A program made the translations under genes and the position numbers. From positions 496,001 through 560,000 of the forward strand of contig JASANG010001107.1 in assembly GCA_030248215.1 (NCBI GenBank): a DNA stretch of 64,000 bases, written 5' to 3'. Positions 1 to 12,798 of this stretch are shown here, in pieces; positions within the stretch are counted from its first letter, which is position 1; every line of letters begins with the position of its first letter. The stretch is from Enoplolaimus lenunculus. Its lineage: Eukaryota. The notes below the pieces were generated by a model. That model had not been told where the DNA came from. It saw only the letters and a list, made by a program, of their open reading frames with translations, and did not search any database.

Positions 1-1989
1 CAAGCGATCAATTAATAAGCATTCGAATTTATTATATACAATAGTAACATGGAGTATATACCACAAATTTATATTAATAAAGCTGAAGCGCCCACGATAT
101 GTAATTTGTGGTATCGTAGCATTGATTTTTAGTATAGTTTTGGGTTAACATTATGTAAAAAACGAGTCCGCAACACCAGTAAACATTGGAGAGGCAGTAT
201 TTTAAGATGGGTTGAAAATATTGGAACCATTTTAGCTGGAGTATTATATACAATTAAATTAATATTCTTATAAAGTTACGTAGTTATTTAGTGGAAACTG
301 CGTATTAGAAGAAAGAACTAAAACGGTACAAATAAGTTAGCTGAAAAGCTGAATACAGAAATATTCGAATGAAATTGCAATTCAGCTGTAATTTGAACGA
401 TATAACATTGGTTTATTCTGGCGACAATTGCAGGACTGAATTTCGGTCATATATTTAGCTCCCTGTCAGGTCGTAATTTTTGAAAACGATTTGGGAATCT
501 TGAAGGCTTTTAAAACAAGCACTGCAGAGTATAGCAGAATATATGTAAAAACTTTATTGAACTGGCCTTAAAATTCGGAAAAATATTATTACGAGGGCTG
601 ACGCACACTTGCCGTAAAAATTAGGACCCTGAACTGTCCAGATGTATAAGTAAAGCATACTTATACAGATTTTGATAAATCAGTATATTTTAAGTGAACA
701 GCCATTAATTTACAAAATTGGTTATACAAACCGAGGGGTGTATGGTGGTGTAACCCCTCCTGCAAGTTCAGGAAAAACGAGAAAACCCGGTTACAATAAG
801 TATTCCCTGTGGATTTTCGATTACAAATATTGATATTACCGTCCCCAAATGAAATCCTGGTAGAGTTCAAATGCAATCTATTTGGATTGATCATCATAGC
901 TCCGCAATTCTGTTGAATTATAGCCTACGAAAAACGTTTCAGTTGTCCGAAACATTAAAAGAACTTTAAAAGAAACAGCAGTAGAGGGTTTGTGAACTGT
1001 GCCTGGACGCACAAAGCAAGTATTTGCAACAGCACGCAAGCGTGGAGTTCCGCTGAAGGCTCTTATTTTGCCGTTTGCTTGAGTTTTCGAAATTTTAACA
1101 TTTTGGTAGCGCTTAGGCTTCAGCTTACATTTTTAGGCATAAATTAGCGTTAGAAAATAGGAATAGAAGTGTAAAAGAAGTAACCATGAACGAATTTTAC
1201 AAGTAGAATAAAATATAAGCGTGGAATTTCAAAACTACAACACGTTTATTAGATAAATTCATGATAACTGCTTCGATAAAATCAACGCGAACGGTTCATT
1301 GATAAAAACGTAGCGTTTTATACGTTCAACTATGTGCCATTAAAAAGTTATACATATATTAAAATCATGTGTTGTAGATGCGACATAAATAAATACTGAA
1401 TGTATATATATGTATTTGGCATCTAAAGAATGCAGTTTGCGTTGTGATAACAGTTTTAGTTTACTTTGTTCCTGTTGTAAGGGCGATTATTCTTCTGATA
1501 AAAGCAATCTACAACACAGGCTGAATAAATTTAGCAAAAGTCAATTGTACAAGTGTATTAGACAGCTACAACTAGATACTGTAATCAACACTGTGTACAA
1601 TGGCCATGATAGAGGATACGTCGGTTCTCGAAATATCAGGTAATACAAGGAAAATACAGTTTTCAAAGACTTTAGTAAATTTCACTAAATTCTATAGTCC
1701 AAAACATGATCTTATATATTTTCCAGGAATGAAATGCTGGCTACACTTGTGACTTGTAACAGTTTCCGTCAGGTTTGCTGAGCGCTATAAAAGTGAATTG
1801 ATAAACGCTTAAACTGAACATTGTCTGTACTTAAATTTGCGAATAGTTTATAGACACTTTGTTCACAAATCATTACTGGCGACTTGTTGCTAATCTTTAG
1901 GGGCAGTTATCTTTAATATGAAAGTTAAAATTGCACTACTAATCAAAAGCTTTAAATTTGTACAAGTAGGCCAAATTCATTGACGGATC

Positions 1990-2148
1990 CGGGTCCGTAG
2001 CCAAGGCGGAGGGCAGGGGGCTCCTGAGAAAATTTTGGCCCCCTAGAAAATTTTCAACTTTGCTTGCATGTGATTAAAAACCCGTGAAGGTCCCTCCTGA
2101 AAAAATTTTAGCCCCCCCCCCCAGCAAGGTGAGCTGGCTACGGGCCTG
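1990..2148 (+). mobile_element. hAT-like MITE, family A (TIR CAGGCCCGTAGCCA)
   Basis: Ends CGGGTCCGTAGCCA...TGGCTACGGGCCTG; degenerate 8-bp TSD gacggatc/ggcggacc (6/8); same body as the copies at 18134, 39446 and 43000. Confidence 0.8.
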
Positions 2149-2169
2149 GGCGGACCCAATGTAGGGCTA

Positions 2170-2332
2170 TGGGCCCGTAGGCAACGGAAGGCATGGGGCT
2201 CAGCCCCTAAGAGGAATTTAGCCCCTGGCAAAATTTTTAACCATGATTGTACATCATCGAAACACCTTTGTATGTGCCTCCTCAAAAGTCTTTTAGCCCC
2301 GTATCTATTAAGGTGAGCTGGCTACGGGCCTG
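2170..2332 (+). mobile_element. hAT-like MITE, family A
   Basis: GGGCCCGTAGGCA...GGTGAGCTGGCTACGGGCCTG; second copy 21 bp from the first; TSD not convincing. Confidence 0.7.
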
Positions 2333-3438
2333 GAGGGTCTGCGTTTCCATGGTACCTCCCCAAGGATCAAGGCCAAATTTTAGAATCAAAATTCAGTAAT
2401 AAAATTGCGTTTGGCTTCTGTTTCGCTTAGATCGCGAGCTTTTTAACAATTGTATATAGCGCGGCCGTCCGCGTTACAAGTTTGCACATCCACCGCGAAG
2501 CAAAGTATAAATAACAACATCGTGTGAAGATGACTTTGTTATCGTTGTGTGGGTGACCTACATACCAATAACGCGCACATTTATTCCAAATTGTGAATTC
2601 ATGGTGCACCTGTGACCACCGGCTGGTAAAGTTCCAAATTTTAAAATTCATGTTCTAACTTCAATTTTCGCCTATTTGGTTAAAAACGCATTGTGAGCTT
2701 CAAAGAAAGTATTTGAATGTCGAAATTGTCAGCACGGCCCGGCCGGTGAGAACATACGTCCCCATCTTCCTGTATCTGCCACTTACGACATTCAAAATAT
2801 TTCAACGGCCCAGTTCCCGCTGTTCCTCCAGTGGCATCGGAAACGATTGGAGAAAGCAACGCAAGGCTGGCTGATGACAAACCGAACCTCAAAGGCATAC
2901 AGCACTCAAGTGCTTCTAGCATTTTTAAAAATGATATCAGCAGTTACTAATCTCACTTCACATAACATAAGAAAAACAAAAATAATATTACTTAGGGGCA
3001 TCGACGGTTCTTCGAAGAAGCAAGAAACTGAAATTCAGAAAACATAAAACATTTTAATTGCAAGTAAAGCACGTCGTGTTTGAAGACCCCAATCAAACGC
3101 TAAATAGGTAATTTTTATTGAGATACGCATTAATAATCATATGAACACGATAGTGTTCATATATATGATTCGCGCATCTCAAGCGCGTATTTTCAGTTTA
3201 GTTCGCATGTTGGTGCTCAAGTGATATCATACCTGTATCGTTTAAATTTTGTACACTGGTATCCTGGTACGTAGGGAATATTTGTGCCAAAGGATTTTGC
3301 AGACCAGTGTGGTCTTCAATAGTTACGGTCAAAAAACTCCATACAGAAAGTGCGCGAAATTTTTCATTTTGGTTCAACACTTTTTACACGTTAGCTATGT
3401 AATTTTACGATTATAACTTTCACCACTTTATACAGCTT

Positions 3439-5490
3439 ACGGTTGGTTTCACCCCAACGGTTGGTTTCACCCCAACAGTCGGTTTCACCCCAACGGTTGG
3501 TTTCACCCCAACGGTTGGTTTCACCCCAACGGTTGGTTTTGCCCCAACGGTTGGTTTCACCCAACGGTTGGTTTTGCCCCAACGGTTGGTTTCATCCCAA
3601 CGGTTGGTTTCACACCAACAGTCGGTTCCACCCCAACGGTTGGTTTTACCCCAACGGTTGGTTTCACCCCAACAGTCGGTTCCACCCCAACGGTTGGTTT
3701 CACCCCAACGGCTGGTTTCACCCCAACGGTTGGTTTTGCCCCAACGGTTGGTTTCACCCCAACAGTCGGTTTCACCCCAACGGTTGGTTTCACCCCAACG
3801 GTTGGTTTCACCCCAACGGTTGGTTTCACCCCAACGGTTGGTTTCACCCCAACGGTTGGTTTTGCCCCAACGGTTGGTTTCACCCCAACGGTTGGTTTCA
3901 CCCCAACAGTCGATTCCACACCAACGGTTGGTTTTACCTCAACTGGTTTCACACCAACGGCTGGTTTTACTCCAACGGTGGGCTTCACCCCAACGGTTGG
4001 TTTCACTCCAACGATCGGTTCACCCCAACGATTGGTTTCACCCCAACGGTTGGTTTTGCCCCAACGGTTGGTTTTGCCCCAACGGTTGGTTTCACCCCAA
4101 CGGTTGGTTTCACCCCAACAGTCGGTTCCACCCCCAACGGTTGGTTTTACCCCAACGGTTGGTTTCACCCCAACAGTCGGTTCCACCCCAACGGTTGGTT
4201 TTACCCCAACGGTTGGTTTCACCCCAACAGTCGGTTCCACCCCAACGGTTGGTTTCACCCCAACGGTTGGTTTCACCCCAACGGTTGGTTTCACCCCAAC
4301 GGTTGGTTTCACCCCAACGGTTGGTTTCACCCCAACGGTTGGTTTCACCCCAACGGTTGGTTTCACCCCAACGGTTGGTTTCACCCCAACGGTTGGTTTC
4401 ACCCCAACGGTTGGTTTCACCCCAACGGTTGGTTTTGCCCCAACGGTTGGTTTTGCCCCAACGGTTGGTTTTGCCCCAACGGTTGGTTTCACCCCAACAG
4501 TCGGTTCCAGCCCAACGGTTGGTTTCACCCCAACGGTTGGTTTCACCCCAACAGTCGGTTTCACCCCAACGGTTGTTTTCACCCCAACAGTCGGTTTCAC
4601 CCCAACGGTTGGTTTCACCCCAACGGTTGGTTTCACCCCAACGGTTGGTTTTGCCCCAACGGTTGGTTTTGCCCCAACGGTTGGTTTTGCACCAACGGTT
4701 GGTTTCACCCCAACGGTTGGTTTCACCCCAACGGTTGGATTCACCTCAACGGTTGGTTTCACACCAACGGTTGGTTTTACTCCAACGGTGGGCTTCACCC
4801 CAACGGTTGGTTTCACTCCAACGATCGGTTCACCCCAATGATTGGTTTCATCCTAACGGTTGGTTTTACCCAAATGGTTGGTTTCACCCCAACGGTCGTT
4901 TTCACCCCAACGGTTGGTTTCACCTCAACGGTTGGTTTCACTCCAACGGTTGGTTTCACCCCAACGATTGGTTTCACCCCAACGATTGGTTTCACCCTAA
5001 CCATTGGTTTCACCCCAACGGTTGATTTCACCATAACGGTTGGTTTCAACCCAACGGTTGGTTTCAGCCCAACGGTTGATTTCACACAACGGTTGATTAC
5101 ACCCCAACGGTTGATTTCACCCCAACGGTTGATTTCACCCCAACGGTTGGTTTCACCCCAACGGTTGGTTTTACCTCAACGGTTGGTTTCTCCCCAACGG
5201 TCGATTTCATCCCAACGGTTGGTTTCACTCCAACGGTTGGTTTCACCGCAACGGTTGGTTTCACCCCAACGGTTGGTTTCATCCCAACGGTTGGTTTTGC
5301 CCAACGGTTCGTTTCACCCCAGGGGCTCGTTTCACCCCAGCGGTTAATTTCACCCCAGCGGTTAATTTTGCCCCAGAGGTTAGTTTCACCCTAACGGCTG
5401 GTTTCACCTCAACGGTCGGTTTCAGCCCAATTGTTGGTTTCACACAAACGGTTAGCTTCACCGCAACGGACGATGTCACCCCAATGGATT
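3439..5490. repeat. 18-bp tandem satellite, consensus TTTCACCCCAACGGTTGG, roughly 113 copies
   Basis: Directly visible tandem array; explains the SPQRLV/FHPNGW/FTPTVG/VKPTVG repeat ORFs; the right end degenerates gradually. Confidence 0.98.
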
Positions 5491-5517
5491 AATGCAGCAG
5501 CTTGGTAAAGCGGTTGA

Positions 5518-6418
5518 AACTAGAAAAAAATGCTCAGCACTTGAGCAAAAAGGGATATGTTTCATATTCCTATTAAAAGTATGGTAAACTAGATCAGCAC
5601 ATTCGCTTAATGTAACCTGGAAAAGTATTAAGAAGCAATAGCTGCCAAAATCATGTTAATTATTAATTTTTCTGAAACATATTGCGGACAGCAAAATTTC
5701 TGTAATATTTTTGTAAGAAACAGATGCTTTTCTTAAATGCAAAGCGAAATTATTTCTGAAATGTAGACAGATGTAGCTTGGAATCCATGAATAGATATTG
5801 AAGTTCTCTACAAAACGTATTGAATTTACCTATGGCTTTGTATTACGATACTTAATTGAATTTCATAAGAGCATTGTGTGGCGACATAATGGCTGTTAGA
5901 GTTTTGATGACCAATTTTGTTAGATACTTTCTTGAACAGACGTCACAAAACGAATCGCAATTGATGCTTTAAAAGGGCTCCACTTATAACTGACTTTTGA
6001 GTTTACTCGATTTTTTACCTTAGTGACAAATTATATAAATGCGCATTTCCCACCCGAGTTATTTATCTGTTTCACTGCATAGTCACGACTATTGAAGCTC
6101 ACAAATCGCACCGTATTCTGGCAACATCGATTAACTTGCAAAATCGAAGAGCGGTATACCTCAGCCATGTCTCTGCGACCCTAAGGAATTTCTGAAAATT
6201 GCTAACAAGTCCTGTCAAAAACATCAATGTTAGAAATAGATTTGCTGTCCGCAATATGTTTCAGAAAAATTAATAATTAACATGATTTTGGCAGCTATTG
6301 CTTCTTAATACTTTTCCAGGTTACATTAAGCGAATGTGCTGATCTAGTTTACCATACTTTTAATAGGAATATGAAACATATCCCTTTTTGCTCAAGTGCT
6401 GAGCATTTTTTTCTAGTT
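5518..6418. mobile_element. Foldback element 1: perfect 178-bp inverted repeats (5518-5695 / 6241-6418) around a 545-bp non-coding spacer
   Basis: Arms are exact reverse complements by eye (AACTAGAAAAAAATGCTCAGC...GCTGAGCATTTTTTTCTAGTT); no ORF of 60 aa or more in the spacer. Confidence 0.9.
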
Positions 6419-7560
6419 AACCTCTTTCTAAAGAAAGGTTCGCGACAAGAATAATCACGAAATTTCGTTTTATTAAGTAACCATAATTATATTTTTTGTG
6501 AACCGGCGCATTTCGTTGTGATGCTTTCAAGGCAAAACTATCAAAACAGCTTAGAATTCATTTTAATAAATAAAACACCTATGAAACTGATTGTGATAGA
6601 AGTAGAATGTTGTGGCGGCATTAAATGACAAAAAGTAGTCAATTTTAACACCACATTAAGCCAAGTGTACGTTGCCAAAATTAAGCTCATTCTGTTTCAA
6701 AATAAGCATTACACTCGTATCTACCAACTGTTAAATAAACAGGTGTATGCACGCAATCTAAACCGTCTCCATCATATCGCAGCCGAGCGCGTAGACAGGG
6801 TTTTATTTGGTAAGGGTATGTCTATATTATTATAGCTGGAACGCCCGACATACGTATTTTGGGTAACTTTTCAGCATTACTTTGTTTATATACAATACTT
6901 TCTCAGAACTGAAATATGTGATTGTTTTCTGGAAACAAAATTTGCATGCAGACTGTTGTGGACTGGCTAACTTTTGTGCATTGCGCAAAGCCGGCTGACT
7001 AGACTTAACTAATTTTGGGCTCTAGCAGCCGGTATTTTATCATTCTCAAGTCTACAAAAGTGATTTGTTTGGTATTCTAAAATTTCAATTTCGGGAAAGG
7101 ATATTAATATACCACCACCTATTTGCGATGGTTACTGTAAACCCTTCCCACGCCAACTTCCCAGGTTTATTCCAAACTTGAAAAATTGATTTCTGTTCAA
7201 ATCATAAAAACTTTTTGTCCGAAATTGTCAATTACAAAAACCCACTGCAGCAAACTTCCAACATATTTTACGTTGCGCAAAGGATCTCATAGCTGGTCCC
7301 ATGGTTTCTGAGCGTAAAAAATGAAATCTGAAACAATTTTACTAATTTTATATGTTAAAATGAAAATTCAACTTTATTGAAGCAAAGAGATGGCAGCGCA
7401 GCAATGCCAGATGCAGAGGAATACAATGAAGATGAAAAAAGTTAGGTAAACTGTTCAGGCCCCACCTTAATGATTCGAATAAAACCAAATATCTTGCGAT
7501 CGCAAGCTAACGAATAACATCCTATGTATCTGGCAAATGCAACGTATAATGCATCATTTA

Positions 7561-7717
7561 CAGGCCCGTTGCCAGCTCACCTTGCTTTGGAGGCTAATAA
7601 TTTGTCAAGAGATGCATGCAACGGTTTTCGTTGACTTACAAGCAAAATTTAAAATTTTCTAGCGGGGCCAAAATTTTTTCAGGGGGTTCAGCCCTTCTTT
7701 AGCAAAGATCATGCCTG
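7561..7717 (-). mobile_element. hAT-like MITE, family A (diverged)
   Basis: Starts CAGGCCCGTTGCCAGCTCACCTTGCT; body matches the reverse complement of the 1990 and 18134 copies; right end approximate. Confidence 0.7.
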
Positions 7718-10700
7718 GGGGTGGTAAATCGCCTGCTATTTTTGACTGGATCATATGATGACTACGGACGTTTCATCGATTTTATGTGAAGTATAGATTT
7801 TGTAAAACTGAAATACTTTATCCCTCCATGCTTTGTAAACTCTCCGCGGTCTCCAGAAACGTACGGAAATCGATCGTGATACATAAGATGAACCGGCCTA
7901 TCTTATAGATCTCGACGTTCTGAGCCAATCGGTACCATATTTAGTGCTGCAGGACTGTCAAGAGTTTTGTTTCTGTTACATTTTGACTTATATTTGAATT
8001 ATTACTGGTCACAAGCGATTTCAATCTTTTGCCATAATTCAACAACGTTTAGACAAGAGACACTCCGCTTTATTCATGCATCAGCTACATTTCACAATTT
8101 TAGAAAAAATGTTTAAAATTCAAAAGTTAAAATGTTGAAACTAAAATCTTCTCGTATAAACACTGATGATGAGTACAAAACGGAGCGAACAAAACAGCCG
8201 GGCATTCAACGTTCTCTCTCTCCGTCTCGCAAGTAAAAGCGACGTAAACACCAATAATACGTACGTATACTTTTATTAAGAAATGGTTTTGAAGTAAATC
8301 GCACGGAAGACGAGCGTATACAAGGGGGATAGGAGATATATGTCATCCCGAAATATCTGGAAAAACACATACAGATCAAAAAATTTTCTCGCTCGCTACG
8401 CTCGCTTGCAGTAAACTGTCAGACGTGGGCATTTCCTACGGAAACGATATACTGGCTCCCACTGGCAGTACGAAATACAGCTGAGTTCAGAGAGAAAAGT
8501 ATTTTGAACAGCAAAATTTATTTATAACGCAAGTAAAATTATTTGAAGACGCTGTATGCCGTGCTGAAAACATAAACGTATTGCTCATTCTTTAAAAAAA
8601 TCAGTGGCGTAGCAAGCTAGGGTTCTACTTTAGACAAAAAATAGCCTCAGTTTTTAGACTCTAAATCCAGCAGGTTATTCTAAACGTTGCCTTTTATTCT
8701 CACATTGCTACAAATTTCATAGAAGGATATATCCCCTTATACAATAAACGAGCGCAGAATACGTCTTTTCGCAAGACGAATAAGAGAGCATGGAAAATGT
8801 TGGAAATGATGTGCAATAGTTGCAGCATAAAACTGTATGCAACAGCCGCGCATTTTGAAATTTGTACAAAACATTTTGCCTTGGGGCAGATGAGGCAGAA
8901 AAATTTTGTTCACATAAACGTTATGTTTTCTCCCATTAGCCTGCGATGTATACACAGTCTATATAACAAATGAACGAACGTTTACAACTGTACGCGTTGC
9001 AAGTATGAGATGTTGCTACGCCATGCTGAACATAGAGTATGAACACAATTCGTTGCCCGACAATTTGTCGCGCAAAACTTGTAATCGGAAATTTTATCGA
9101 CTCGACAATTTGTCGCCTGTACACTTCCAGCCACAAACATGATGGCTAAAACAGCCTAATCCAAAGCCTAAGTATATACAAAAATATAATAATTTTAAAA
9201 ACTGCGATAAGGGCCCATATTCTCAAATTCGTATGGTATCTATCATCAGTTAGCGATAGGTTTTCAATCTGACAAACGTACGCAATTTCAGTGTCAAAAC
9301 TGGCACGGAAGTAGAGCAAATGCAAAAATCGAACCTCACAATGCGCTGGTTCTAATGTTACAGGATCTGTCACCAACTGGTGATTGGTGCTACACACATT
9401 TGAGAATACGGACTAAGAACTGTACAATGGCCAAAAGTACTATAACTGTTTCTGCTTCAACCACAGTTCAACAAAATGTCTTCCCAAAACAGTGTTAATT
9501 CGTGTACTAAACTGCTAAATTTCGCAGCTCAAATACTATTTAGTCATATTTATTTTTCCTCTATTCTACGTTGCAAATCAGCCGACACAGATTATCAACC
9601 AAGAACTGAAGTTGTTTGCTTGTAAAAAGATTAGGCCAAACCAGACTGTATAATTCGAGCAAAGCGTCTATCAGTTATTTACTTTGTACCCGAAATATTA
9701 CTTGATAGCCGTTAATTTTTGCAGAAACAAAATAAAAATTTTAAAGCTTTTTCTAGTACAGTTTCCACACATTTAAGGTCAACGGTTAGATCTAAGATTA
9801 GATTTATACTCTGGTTTAACCTTTGATAAACACTTTGGCAATGCTTTAGGCTTCGCCTTCGTAAGCCATTTCCAAAATCTGAGCCTATGTTCCAGCCTAG
9901 CCTATGCTTTTACCTAAACTTAAGCCTGTTTCCGAAATCTAACCCTAAGCCTAAGCATAGTAAATGGCAGTGTGAAAGAGCTAACACTGCTGCAGCTTGT
10001 TTAACATGTTTTCTATCGAACCTCATTCTTAACGCACATTTCTGCGTTATCTTAAAATCTATGATCAAATCAAAACGAACCTTTATAAGACAGACAGAAC
10101 TTTCAGTTAAAATGATTTTAAAAACTAATTTAATTTCAATTCAACAACGAAACTTTGGTTACAAATCTGATAAACTAAACTGTTCGAAGTATTATAATCA
10201 ATGAAACTGAAGCCGTGTTGTCAGTATATTAACCTTTTGCCTGCCATATTAGAGTTTAAATTTACAGTTTGTGTTCTTAATAATTTCCAAACAATCACCA
10301 AAAAAATTTGTTATATTTAATACGGTGTTTTAAACCAAAATGTCAATAAAATGCTGAAACTTTTTTTAGCAAAGTATTGTCAAATTAACAGACAAAGCAA
10401 AGTAAAAACTTGCAGAATAATCCAACCTGCCTGGGTTGCTTTGCTTTCGCCTATATAAACATACTCAAGCTGAAAAATATAATTTCATTAAACCAAATAA
10501 ATTATTTATTATATTCTCGCCTACTTTTTTATATCAGCGCATTTCAAGGCCCCCGTCATACATACTGACTTTTACTATGAGAAAGTAAGCGTGTTTTTTC
10601 TTCGTATCATGACAAATTTTAATTTCATTCATTTCAAGTGCACACAACAAACCCGTCATAAAAATTCACCAATTGCTTAAAATTAATATATAGCATTTAC

Positions 10701-11698
10701 AGTAGCAATAACAACAAAATATTTTCAATCAAATTAATACTATCTGAGGTTAGTCTGGCTTGGCGAATAAAATATTATTATGACTTTTCAAAAAACGATC
10801 CCTAAAGGTCAACAACTATGGCTAAGTTTCAATTTCGCCACAAAAATCAACCAATGTCACCAGTAAAAATTTAAATTATACACTCATTTAAAGTGTGGAT
10901 TGAATTTTTAAATTTATAACTTCACTCGAAAAAAACATCGATTTCTTATAATACTTAAAGCGAGCGACAAAAACTTACTGTTTTTGTAGCTCATGTGATT
11001 TGGCAGTTTTCCACTCAGCAGCGTACGCAGCGCATGTGATGCTGTAGGTGTTTTTTGACACTATTTCACAGGAAAAAATTTTTCGTCCGTTCATTCATCC
11101 CCTCTGCTATAATGTGTTTTGCAAAAAAAATGCAATTTAAAATGCTTTAAGACGTTGCTCTGCACGCCTAAAACTGCAGAAAAAACGCACCAAAAATGCA
11201 CTTTGACAAGTACAGATTTTAGCAAACATCAAGTTTACAGCCATAGCAACATTTTTCATAGATTTTTGTCTAAACAACGCGTTTACGCATAATATGCGCA
11301 GTTTTATACATTCAAACGCCAAGCTGCACTAAAATAGTGCACAATTTTTGTAATTTTTAAACGTTACACATGCATTGTTTAGCGTTAACCATGTGATTTT
11401 ATGCGCTTATTAACTTACGGTCTTTGCTATATATTTCTGCTAGTTTTTTTCTTCGAAACAAACGTTAAACACTGATGAATGTTTTTAAAAGTTAAAATAT
11501 ACACCGTAAATATGCTTGCTTGCTACTACTGCATACCTGCATAGGTCAGCCTTTAATAAAATTAAGCTGTCACATGCGTTTCGTGTTAATTTCAGGAGAG
11601 CTGTCTCTACAACACTGGTTATAGGTTTAAAATTGCAGTTTTACTTGCATACCAAACTAACTATTTGACAATCGCTAACAACGATTGCACTGTTGCTA

Positions 11699-11853
11699 CG
11701 GTCGCGTAGCCAAGGGGGGAGCACGGGGGTACATCCCATCCCCTGAAAATTTTTACCCCCTTAAACTTTTCAGCATTGCTTAGTCAAGCGTCGTGTGCCG
11801 TCCTCCTGAAAATTTGTTAGCTTTTCTTAGCAAAATGAGCTGGCTTCGGGCCT
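11699..11853 (+). mobile_element. hAT-like MITE, family A (diverged)
   Basis: GGTCGCGTAGCCAAGG...GAGCTGGCTTCGGGCCT with the family body. Confidence 0.65.
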
Positions 11854-12510
11854 ATGTTACTATCTGTACGTACGTATGCAGATGTTTTAGCAAAAAATAC
11901 ATTACTGCACAACGGTCGCGAAAAACATCTGCGTGTATAAAAGTTAAAAGTGTACGCTTGCTATATTTTGCTCAAAAATTTCGTTAGCAATTCACAGTAG
12001 AGAGCAGCGCAAAACGACTAAATGCAGGCGTACGCAGTACGTTATATAGTATTTTTTCAATTAAAAAGCGTTTTAACGTACAGCGTAAATATCGAAATTT
12101 CTAGTGTATATGTTGAAAACTAAAAAATATGCGGACGCTTACAAATAGATTTCACCGCGTCTATGAAATAGCGTCGTTAATAAGTCATGTGTTGTTTAAA
12201 AACACAGCCATACAATAACGGCGGCGATCAACACTTTTCCAATCAGATTTATTTTCATAAAGAAAGAGAGAGACACTGACTCATCGAACATTTGCTCTCC
12301 ATTGGCGCATAAGAGCCAGTCAAAATGCGCGAAAAACACGTTGCGTTTAGGCTCAACAGCTACTAAATGCTGATATTAAAATCAGTCGCGGATCCAGTGG
12401 TGATGGCGGTATACGCATGGTCGCCTGTCTGTTCTCAAAAGTGGGAGGGCTTACTTCAGTAACGCAGACATGTTCACACTTTCCAGAAGCGATTGTTGAG
12501 TACGCAAGAG

Positions 12511-12798
12511 TTTATTCAACCGAACCACGCAAAACTTTTAAAAAATTTTGTATATTTGGGTTTTTATGACCTTCCGGGATCATTTCATGCCCTAATTTGA
12601 GTTTCTGAAAAAATCAATTTTTAACGTCCCGAGGTAATTGTTTGACAGAAAAAATTTTGGGTCCCGAGAGGGGACCTTGGAGCTAAAAATATTAAATTTT
12701 TGAGAAAATCAAAGTTGGACATTGAATGATCAGGGAAGGCGGTGAGAAGCCCAAATATGCAAAAAATTTTCAAAATACGCCGGCAGTGGGTGGATAAC
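12511..12798. mobile_element. Degenerate palindromic (foldback/MITE-like) element; related arms near 14540-14680, 37330-37480, 43340-43430 and 44330-44430
   Basis: About 110-bp imperfect inverted arms (AAAATTTTGTATATTTGGG...CCCAAATATGCAAAAAATTTT); the motif TTTTTGCATATTTGAGCTTCTCA recurs at the other loci. Boundaries approximate. Confidence 0.65.

Noticed and set aside
3391..5479. Long ORFs (634, 485, 419, 287 aa) suggesting a repetitive protein
   Set aside because: The 18-bp unit is stop-free in five of six frames; 1-nt indels switch peptide phase freely; there is no non-repetitive coding context.
3439..5490. CRISPR-like array or pairing-centre array
   Set aside because: There are no unique spacers and the DNA is eukaryotic. 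Similarity to C. elegans ZIM/HIM-8 motifs is limited to TTGG, which is too little to claim.
9292..9498. Open frame of about 68 codons after a TTTCAG acceptor (also short exon-like pieces near 18596, 21618, 21942 and 22714)
   Set aside because: No recognisable protein and no phase-consistent chain could be assembled.
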